This document shows positions 18,670 to 26,610 of a stretch of DNA of 64,000 nucleotides, piece after piece. The notes beneath the pieces are model-generated. The model was not told the origin of the DNA and did no database searches. It saw nothing but the letters and a program-made list of their open reading frames with translations. A program made the translations under genes and the position numbers. The stretch's first letter is position 1. The number at the start of each line of letters is the position of its first letter. The stretch is from Candidatus Bathyarchaeota archaeon (GTDB taxonomy: Archaea > Thermoproteota > Bathyarchaeia > Bathyarchaeales > Bathyarchaeaceae): the NCBI GenBank assembly GCA_963806645.1, contig CAWDYQ010000002.1, positions 200,050 to 264,049 of the forward strand. The letters are read 5' to 3'.

Positions 18670-18877
18670 CTTCTTGACATCAAACTTAAAGTTTTCTCTT
18701 GAAGCTGTTATGAATAACTGAAATCTGGGCAGCAACACACTAGCTGAACCCGAATTAGTTCTAGAAAGCAAAACATACTACCCGATTTGAAGATGTTGGT
18801 TTTTGAAGAAAAGTATCTCTTTATTAGTGGCTTCATGGAAAGATATTTTTCTGGTTTACTGGGAGTTAGGCTAGCTT

Positions 18878-21148
18878 TTGCGTGCCGAAATATTGATCAG
18901 CGGCATAGTTCAGGGTGTTGGTTTTCGCCCATTCATTTATCGAATAGCCGTAAAAAATGGACTAGTAGGTTACGTAAGAAACAGGGGAGACGCCGTCGTT
19001 GAGATAGTTGTTGAAGGAAAAAAAGACAGCCTTACCCAGTTCTTTGAGAATTTAAAGAAACAAAAGCCACCGCTAGCGCAAATCTATAGCATAACCGTAG
19101 ATTATAAGAAAGATGAAAAGGGCTTCACCCAATTTAAGATTACAAGAAGCTCAGGCGAAACAGAACTTGCAGGGTCTGTTATTCCTCCGGATGTTTCGAT
19201 TTGCGGTGAATGTTTAAGGGAGTTGCGAGACCTAGAAAATAGGCGCTTCGACCACTTTTTCATAACCTGCACGGACTGCGGTCCAAGATACACCATAATA
19301 AATGGGCTTCCTTATGACCGACCGAACACGACAATGAAAGAGTTTCCAATGTGCAACGTCTGTGCTAAAGAATATATCGACCCCGCGAACCGAAGATTCC
19401 ATGCTCAGACAGTGGCTTGCCCAGATTGTGGGCCAAAAGTTAGTCTAGCATCCAGCACTGGGGATTTGATAGCGTCTGAAGACCCAATAAGGGAGGCGGG
19501 GCGCCTCCTAGAAGAAGGCAAGATTTTAGCGATTAAAGGTAATGGGGGCTTCCATGTTGCCACAGCCACAACTAAGACAGAACCTTTGGCTAGACTACGA
19601 AACGGTAAACATAGAAAACAGAAGCCCTTTGCAATAATGGCTTCAAACCTAGAAACTGTAAGGTCCTTTGCTGAAGTAAACCCTAGCGAAGCCGAATTGC
19701 TGACTTCATACCGTAAACCCATTATTCTGCTAAATAAAAGCGACGACTATTATCTTTCGGAACTGGTTTCTCCTGAACTTCACAGCATAGGAGTTATGCT
19801 ACCATACACTGGACTGCATGCAATGCTCTTCGATGAGGTTAAGGAACCTGCGTTTGTTATGACCAGCGCAAACCCACCCAGCGAACCTATAGTTACAGAC
19901 AACACCGAAGCAATAACCAAGTTGGGCCATATAGTTGACTATTTTCTATTCCATAACAGATCCATAGCCCAGCGATGTGACGATTCAGTTGTTCGCTTCC
20001 ACTACAAAAATCCATGTCTGATTCGGCGATCAAGAGGATACGCTCCTGAGCCAATTCAGTTGAAACAATTTTCTGACCGTTGTGTATTAGCGGTTGGCGG
20101 AGAACTTAACGTCACATCCTCCATGCTAATAGGGAATAGGGTATTCATTTCTCAGCATATTGGAGACGTAGAGAACCTGGAGAACCTCCACTTTCTAAAA
20201 GACACCATAGCTCACTTGATAAACTTGACTAACTGCAAAGTTGATGCGGTAGCTTGTGATCTTCATCCCAGATTCACCACTACAAAATTGGCTCAATCCA
20301 TAGGAAACAGGTTAGGCTGCCCGGTCGTCAGGGTTCAACACCATAACGCTCATGCTGCAGCCTTAATGGCAGAATGGAACGTTCCAGAGATTATTGTTAT
20401 AACATGTGACGGCTATGGTTATGGTTCTGACGGATCTGCATGGGGAGGCGAAGTTCTTTATACCAACAACGAAGGCTACAAAAGAGTAGCTCATCTTGAG
20501 AATCAACCCATGGTTGGGGGAGATCAAGCCACATATTACCCTCTGAGAATGGCTGCAGGAATACTCCAAAAAAAGGTGGATGCATCACAATGGTTGCTTT
20601 CTAAGAGTAACCATCTTCCTTATGGTAGAAAGGAAGCTGAATTGATAGCTAAGCAACTGGAAAAGGGATCTATAGTTGAGACAACTAGTTGTGGTAGAGT
20701 GTTGGATGCGATTTCAGCCATATTGGGAATATGTTATCAACGAACTTACGAAGGGGAGCCGGCAATGAAGCTGGAGTCCATAGCGATTAAAGGAAAAGAC
20801 AAAATGAACTTACCACCCAGAATTGATAGAAATATTTTAGATACTACGTTTCTTATTAACGAAATATTCGCAAACAAAAACAAGGTTTCTGTGGAGGATT
20901 TAGCCTGTTCAACCCAATCCTACTTGGCTAGGGGATTAGCTCAGATGGCTATAGAAGAGGCTATGCGGTTACAAGTCAATCAAATCGGTTTTTCTGGTGG
21001 AGTAGCATATAATAGGTATATTACAGCAGAAATCCGAAAAGCGGTAGAAAAAGAGGGTTTCAAGTTCCTTTTCCATAATAAAATCCCAGCAGGAGACGGC
21101 GGAACCTCTTTTGGACAAGCGATTGTTGCAGGTTTCCAAAAAAATTGA
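18878..21148 (+). CDS. hypF: Carbamoyltransferase HypF
   Basis: Acylphosphatase VQGVGFRPF, two zinc fingers, YrdC-like SQHIGD region, DLHP, QHHNAH and DGGTSFGQ. Confidence 0.97.
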   Translation: MRAEILISGIVQGVGFRPFIYRIAVKNGLVGYVRNRGDAVVEIVVEGKKDSLTQFFENLKKQKPPLAQIYSITVDYKKDEKGFTQFKITRSSGETELAGSVIPPDVSICGECLRELRDLENRRFDHFFITCTDCGPRYTIINGLPYDRPNTTMKEFPMCNVCAKEYIDPANRRFHAQTVACPDCGPKVSLASSTGDLIASEDPIREAGRLLEEGKILAIKGNGGFHVATATTKTEPLARLRNGKHRKQKPFAIMASNLETVRSFAEVNPSEAELLTSYRKPIILLNKSDDYYLSELVSPELHSIGVMLPYTGLHAMLFDEVKEPAFVMTSANPPSEPIVTDNTEAITKLGHIVDYFLFHNRSIAQRCDDSVVRFHYKNPCLIRRSRGYAPEPIQLKQFSDRCVLAVGGELNVTSSMLIGNRVFISQHIGDVENLENLHFLKDTIAHLINLTNCKVDAVACDLHPRFTTTKLAQSIGNRLGCPVVRVQHHNAHAAALMAEWNVPEIIVITCDGYGYGSDGSAWGGEVLYTNNEGYKRVAHLENQPMVGGDQATYYPLRMAAGILQKKVDASQWLLSKSNHLPYGRKEAELIAKQLEKGSIVETTSCGRVLDAISAILGICYQRTYEGEPAMKLESIAIKGKDKMNLPPRIDRNILDTTFLINEIFANKNKVSVEDLACSTQSYLARGLAQMAIEEAMRLQVNQIGFSGGVAYNRYITAEIRKAVEKEGFKFLFHNKIPAGDGGTSFGQAIVAGFQKN

Positions 21149-21402
21149 ACATTATAAACGCATAAAGTCCAACTCATAAAGAATATTACAAGAGAAATAA
21201 AGCATGGAGAATTCAGGTTACGATTTAAATTGTCCGAATTGTAACCAAAGAGACTGGTTTATTTCAGGCATATAAAATAAAAAAGTTAATCTTTTCTTTT
21301 CGTAGAAAAACCAATAGGTTAAATAAAAGGGGAAATCAGACACTTTTTTAGTATCACAAAACAAGAACTTCTTATGTTCTGTTTAGACAAAGGTGAATAA
21401 AA

Positions 21403-21621
21403 TTGTGTCTCGCGATTCCAGCAAAGGTTCTTAAGGTCAACGGAAACGTTGCCAAGGTAGATTTTGGGCAGGGAGTAGCCCGCGAAGTAAACGTTATGCT
21501 GGTAGACGCCAAAGTCGGTGATTACGTTCTAGTTCATGCTGGGTACGCAATCGAAAAGCTAGACCAAAAGGCTGCCGAAGAAAGCCTTAACACTTGGCGA
21601 GAAATTTTAGAGCAAAGTTAA
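21403..21621 (+). CDS. hypC: Hydrogenase chaperone HypC
   Basis: MCLAIPA start; VGDYVLVHAGYAI. Confidence 0.97.
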   Translation: MCLAIPAKVLKVNGNVAKVDFGQGVAREVNVMLVDAKVGDYVLVHAGYAIEKLDQKAAEESLNTWREILEQS

Positions 21622-21634
21622 GAGGTGAACTGCC

Positions 21635-22312
21635 TTGGCTAACACAAAAGATGTGATAAAAGGCGAAAAAGTGACCCTCAAAATAGAACCCGGAATTAAC
21701 ATTCTGCAAGTTAACAAACAGCTTGCACAAAAAAACATTGAACTTCTACGAAAAACTAACGTTAAAGCTATTGATATCATGGGTTCTATAGGGGCAGGAA
21801 AAACCAGTCTAATCGAAAAACTTGTCCAAAAACTCAAAAAGAAATACAGAATAGCCGTTTTCAAAGGTGACTTAACCACAACTATTGATGCCGAACGAAT
21901 CGGACGCCACGGAGTTCAGGTAGTCACAATCAACACTGGTCGAGAATGCCACTTGGATGCTAATGTTGTTGCGCGAGCTATAGAAAGAATCAACCTAAAG
22001 GAAATTGACCTATTAATTATAGAGAATGTTGGCAACCTAATCTGCCCCGCAGAGTTTCCGTTGGGGACAGATAAGCGGATTGTTGTAGTAAGCGTAACTG
22101 AGGGGCCATACATGATAATTAAGCATCCTTTCACATTCATGAATGCAGATGTAATGGTAATTAACAAGAAGGACCTAGCCGAAACAATGAAGATAGACAC
22201 ACGAAAACTGGAAAAACAGGCTATTCAAATAAAGCCAGACCTTAAGGTTGCGATCACCAATGCTCTTACAGGAGAGGGCGTTGAAGAATTGATCAAGGCA
22301 ATGGAACTGTAG
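21635..22312 (+). CDS. hypB: Hydrogenase nickel-incorporation GTPase HypB
   Basis: GAGKTS, ECHLDA, ENVGNLICPA and NKKD motifs. Confidence 0.96.
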   Translation: MANTKDVIKGEKVTLKIEPGINILQVNKQLAQKNIELLRKTNVKAIDIMGSIGAGKTSLIEKLVQKLKKKYRIAVFKGDLTTTIDAERIGRHGVQVVTINTGRECHLDANVVARAIERINLKEIDLLIIENVGNLICPAEFPLGTDKRIVVVSVTEGPYMIIKHPFTFMNADVMVINKKDLAETMKIDTRKLEKQAIQIKPDLKVAITNALTGEGVEELIKAMEL

Positions 22313-22332
22313 TTTCTGGAGCATGCTTAACG

Positions 22333-22719
22333 TTGCATGAGCTTTCTATGACCACACAAATAATCGAAGCCGTTTTGGAAGAAGCAAAGAGACACGGAGC
22401 AAAGAAGGTCACAGAAGTTCAGATGAGTATAGGGAAAATGACATTCCTGGGTACTGAGCAAGTTCGCTTCTCTTACAAAATATTAACCGAAGACACCATC
22501 ATGAAAGACTCAAAACTGATCATCGAAGAGAAAGACGGCGTCATACATTGCACCAATTGCGGATATAAAGGAGAAGTGCCACTCAAAGACGACCCTGCAT
22601 ACCATATTCCAGTTCCCACTCTTCAGTGCCCTAAATGCGGAAACACAGCTAAAATCGTCGAAGGCAAAGAATGCACAATAAAGAGCATTCGAATGATCAA
22701 AAAAGAGGAAGAAAAGTGA
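22333..22719 (+). CDS. hypA: Hydrogenase nickel metallochaperone HypA
   Basis: MHELS start; CTNC and CPKC zinc site. Confidence 0.96.
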   Translation: MHELSMTTQIIEAVLEEAKRHGAKKVTEVQMSIGKMTFLGTEQVRFSYKILTEDTIMKDSKLIIEEKDGVIHCTNCGYKGEVPLKDDPAYHIPVPTLQCPKCGNTAKIVEGKECTIKSIRMIKKEEEK

Positions 22720-23816
22720 AACAAAACACTGACAATTTCAGAGACCCAGACTTAGCTAAGAAAGTAGCAGATCACATCAGAAAGATAGCTCCAGACTATG
22801 AAACAAAGTTTTGTCACGTCTGCGGAACTCATGAGTGGACAATAACCCATTATGGAATCCGTTCGCTTCTTCCAGAAAACGTAGATGTTATCGCCGGACC
22901 AGGATGCCCAGTTTGTATCCTTCCGGCAGCCGAAATTGACGAAGCAATAGAGTTGGCACAAAAGGGAGTGACAGTTGCAACATTCGGTGACCTCGTTCGC
23001 GTGCCTGGCTCAAAAACTTCTCTTCAGGAAACCAAAGCGTCTGGTGGAGACGTCCGAATTGTGTATAGCCCAAGAGATGCCATTAAAATGGCTCAAAAGA
23101 ATCCAGATAGAGAGTTTGTGTTTTTTGCGGTCGGCTTCGAAACTACCTCTCCGACAACTGCCATCGAAGTTTTAGGTAAACCTCCTAGTAACTTCAGTTT
23201 TCTTGTTTCTCATAGACTCATTCCTCCTGCGATGGAGCTACTTTTAGGTATTGGAGACTTACATATTGACGGGTTTATTGCTGCTGGTCATGTTTCAACA
23301 ATTATAGGAATGAAACCTTACGAAGTATTTCCCAAAGCGTATAGGATGCCTACAGTTGCTGCTGGGTTTGAGCCCCTGGATGTTCTCTTTGCCGTGGATA
23401 TGCTGTTGCAACAGGTAAGGGAGGGCGTAGCTAGACTAGAGAATGAGTACAGTCGGGTTGTTTCGTGGGAGGGAAATATTAGGGCCCAGAGGCTGGTAGA
23501 ACAGGTGTTTAAGGTGGTAGAAGGAAGGTGGCGGGGATTGGGAAAGCTTCCTTATTCAGCTTTGGAGCTAAAGAAGGAGTTCGAAGCATATGATGCACGG
23601 AAAAAATATGACTTGCATATAGTGGAAGCTGTGGATATTCTGAAGGGTTGTCTATGCCACCTAGTAATGATTGGAAAGATTAAACCATCTGAATGCCCTA
23701 GTTATTTGACTAGTTGTGTTCCAGAATCTCCGAAGGGAGCCTGCATGGTCTCGAATGAGGGTACATGTAGAATCTGGGCTAAACATCGAGTACCCAAGTT
23801 TAGCACGCGCAACTAA
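22716..23816 (+). CDS. hypD: Hydrogenase maturation protein HypD
   Basis: HVCGTH, GPGCPVC, GFETT and GACMVSNEGTC motifs; GTG overlaps the hypA TGA. Confidence 0.97.
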   Translation: MKQNTDNFRDPDLAKKVADHIRKIAPDYETKFCHVCGTHEWTITHYGIRSLLPENVDVIAGPGCPVCILPAAEIDEAIELAQKGVTVATFGDLVRVPGSKTSLQETKASGGDVRIVYSPRDAIKMAQKNPDREFVFFAVGFETTSPTTAIEVLGKPPSNFSFLVSHRLIPPAMELLLGIGDLHIDGFIAAGHVSTIIGMKPYEVFPKAYRMPTVAAGFEPLDVLFAVDMLLQQVREGVARLENEYSRVVSWEGNIRAQRLVEQVFKVVEGRWRGLGKLPYSALELKKEFEAYDARKKYDLHIVEAVDILKGCLCHLVMIGKIKPSECPSYLTSCVPESPKGACMVSNEGTCRIWAKHRVPKFSTRN

Positions 23817-24019
23817 AATTATACCCCAAACCCAAACATTCCTTTTCATATTTCTCTTTGCAGTTCTATTTCAATTAGTTCTCTTCACTATTCTTAATTC
23901 TACGTACGCACACCGAGAGGTTAATTTAAATGACCGAATGAAGTTGGGTTCGAGAAATTTTGGCAGAAATCTATGTGACAATCAATTAAAATAAAGAGAT
24001 GTTTGTGGTACATAGAAAT

Positions 24020-24251
24020 CCCGAGTTGAGTCTAAGCCCTTAGTGTATGTTAGGCCCGATATGGACATCGTTTTGCGCGTGCGTTTCTCGTTCAGCCTTT
24101 TTGATAGACGCACCCGATGCCTATACGCATTTCACTTTAGGTATTGACCAGCCCTTCGAAGCAAAGTGTTTAGCGCATACCAGCCGTCAGCCGTTTTGAC
24201 TGGTACACTCGATGCTTCAATGCAACACCAGAGCGTGCTCCCCAACTCGGG
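24020..24251 (-). ncRNA. Candidate multi-helix structured RNA of unknown class (232 nt)
   Basis: 11-bp closing helix, two long arms and twin apical hairpins; GC-richer than flanks; TATA-like about 30 nt upstream on the minus strand; no convincing ORF. Confidence 0.65.
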
Positions 24252-24459
24252 TAATATATTATACAGATATAGTGTAAGATATAGTTTGTCGAAGACGGGA
24301 CATCATAATAAAGGTGGGCGTACGAAATATTTTAACACATTTTTGTTAAAAAAATAAGTGATAAACCTGCAAAGTCATCAATTAGGTAAGTGAAGGCTCG
24401 ATTATAGGGGTATAAAAAAATAATTGTGGTATATATTTACAATTTGGACGATTTTTTTA

Positions 24460-25506
24460 TTAACAGATTCTTGGAACGGGATCTCCAACTGGAGGCGCCA
24501 TAATACGTTTTCCACCAACTATAGTCTCAAGAACTACCTCGCTGAAGTCGCATGTTGCTTCTCCGATTATCTGAGCGTTTTTACCGTATTTTGTATCTCT
24601 TAAAGCGGATAGTACTTCTTCAGCCTTCTGCGGTACAACTCCAATCAGCACTTTACCCTCGTTTCCAATCTCCATGGGATCTAAACCAAGCATCTCGCAT
24701 GCAGCCTTCACGTCACCTCGCAGAGGTACCTTCGATTCATGCACCATCAAACCAACATTAGACTTCACGCTCCATTCATTCAACGAATTAGACAAGCCTC
24801 CACGTGTTGGGTCTTTCATGGCGACGATCCCACCAACCTCCAACAATTTCTTGACTGTTTTATTCAGCGGAGCCACGTCAGATTTAATGTTGCTTCCAAA
24901 ATCGTAGCCCTCCTGAGCAGACAGGATGGTCACTCCATGATCTCCAACCGTGCCAGAAATGATAAGTTTGTCTCCCTCTTGGAGATTAGAATCTAAAATC
25001 CAACGGGCATTAAACGAACGATACTTCTTAATTTCATCAATGTTAGTTTCTAACGCCTCGCCTCTTTTTCCTATCCCAGATGTGTTGATTATGCAACCTC
25101 CAAAACCGCTCTTCTCAATAACTTTTGTATCCCCCGTCACAACATATATTCCAGCTTCTTTGCAGGCAATTTCCATGCTCTCTAATATTCTGTCTAAATC
25201 GGCTAACAGGAGTCCTTCCTCCAATACCATACCGCAGGTGAGAGCCAACGGTTCAGCACCGATCATTGCAATATCGTTTACTGTACCTGCCACAGCCAAC
25301 CGTCCAATGTCACCGCCTGGAAAAAACAGTGGCTTTACTGCATGAGAATCCGATTTCAAAACAATATTATCTACAACTGCGGAATCGTCTAATGCCTCTA
25401 GAGGAATCTCAGCGCTACTTCCTCCAAGATACTTTAGCACGTGGTTTTTGATTAGGTCACTCATAATGGTTCCGCCGGCTCCATGAGCCATAGTTACTCG
25501 ATCCAT
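24460..25506 (-). CDS. hypE: Carbamoyl dehydratase HypE
   Basis: MAHGAGG, FFPGGDIG, GDTKV, KDPTRGG and C-terminal PRIC. Confidence 0.97.
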   Translation of the reverse strand: MDRVTMAHGAGGTIMSDLIKNHVLKYLGGSSAEIPLEALDDSAVVDNIVLKSDSHAVKPLFFPGGDIGRLAVAGTVNDIAMIGAEPLALTCGMVLEEGLLLADLDRILESMEIACKEAGIYVVTGDTKVIEKSGFGGCIINTSGIGKRGEALETNIDEIKKYRSFNARWILDSNLQEGDKLIISGTVGDHGVTILSAQEGYDFGSNIKSDVAPLNKTVKKLLEVGGIVAMKDPTRGGLSNSLNEWSVKSNVGLMVHESKVPLRGDVKAACEMLGLDPMEIGNEGKVLIGVVPQKAEEVLSALRDTKYGKNAQIIGEATCDFSEVVLETIVGGKRIMAPPVGDPVPRIC

Positions 25507-25719
25507 CGAAAATTCTCCTCACGAAAGAGTTGAGAATAGACGTTTTTAAACACTACCAAAAAACATCGAACCAACTTTCTTTTTAAAAAACTGTCTTTTC
25601 AATTTTTGATCTTTAAAAGTAGCAATCAATAAGGTTTATTATAGGTCATGCAGCCTAATTCATTTCCAAAGGGACATATCTCTAGCAGACTTGTATTAAG
25701 CACTGTTTAGGTATAGGGA

Positions 25720-26610
25720 TTGAAAATGCCCATAAAACTGCTTAAAACCGAAAACGAAAACGAGCTTGTAGTAGAGATGGTTTTGCATACCAAACATTAT
25801 TCTCTCACCTTAGATAAGAGCAAATGTACTGGTTGTGGCATTTGCAGAGAAATCTGTCCGAGAGATGCTATTGAAATAAAAAAGATGCATAAAACGGATG
25901 GAAAAAACACCCAGCATCCAATAGTAATTATACTGAAGGAAAAATGTCACTATTGTGGAATATGCGAAGCAATGTGTCTCTTCGGAGCCTTAAGTATAGA
26001 AATTAATAGAGAACACATTATTCCAGTTATTGAAAATGAAAGCTTCCCAAAACTCATACGGAAAATCAAGATTGATGAAAACAAGTGTGGGTTAGAATGT
26101 TTAGAAATAAAGGAACCTTGCCCATTAGGAATAATCAAAATAAGCCCAAACATTTCAAACGAAAAAAAAGTCAACGTTAAGATAGATGCGGATTCTTGTC
26201 CTTGTTGCAGATTATGCGAAACCAAATTTCCAGCAGACGCAATAAGAGTTGAAAAAATATTTTCTGGAAGATTAAGAATTAATAGGGAAAAATGTCCTAC
26301 AGGTTGCCATGACTGCGTTGATGTCTGTCCTATTCCAGGTGTCCTACAGCTGTCTAGGGAACAAGTACAAGTCAATGAGTCCAATTGTGTTTATTGTGGA
26401 GCCTGCAAAATTGTCTGCCCAGAAGATGCGCTGGAACTGAAACGGACACGAATACACCATACTGATATTCATTCCGGAGCATGGAACAAAAGTCTCGAAA
26501 AACTTACTTCTACATCGGCTATGACTAAAGAACTGCAAACAAAAAGCAAAAAGAAACTCCTCGAAGCGGTTAATAATAGATTTCCTTTGGAGGAAGAGAA
26601 TAATGAGTGA
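25720..26610 (+). CDS. Polyferredoxin (FwdF/MvhB-like)
   Basis: Six Cys-rich cluster motifs, e.g. CTGCGICREICP, CHYCGICEAMC and CVYCGACKIVCP; overlaps the hdrA start. Confidence 0.85.
   Translation: MKMPIKLLKTENENELVVEMVLHTKHYSLTLDKSKCTGCGICREICPRDAIEIKKMHKTDGKNTQHPIVIILKEKCHYCGICEAMCLFGALSIEINREHIIPVIENESFPKLIRKIKIDENKCGLECLEIKEPCPLGIIKISPNISNEKKVNVKIDADSCPCCRLCETKFPADAIRVEKIFSGRLRINREKCPTGCHDCVDVCPIPGVLQLSREQVQVNESNCVYCGACKIVCPEDALELKRTRIHHTDIHSGAWNKSLEKLTSTSAMTKELQTKSKKKLLEAVNNRFPLEEENNE

Noticed and set aside
21204-21275. 23-codon ORF MENSGYDLNCPNCNQRDWFISGI with a CPxC motif
   Set aside because: Only half a zinc ribbon and too short to support; possibly a gene relic
24020-24251. Considered as SRP RNA, RNase P RNA or a SECIS-bearing UTR
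   Set aside because: Conserved cores are absent and no neighbouring gene has an in-frame UGA
23716-24357. Track ORFs 23716-23994 and 24166-24357
   Set aside because: No recognisable motifs; they overlap hypD or the structured element and are likely spurious
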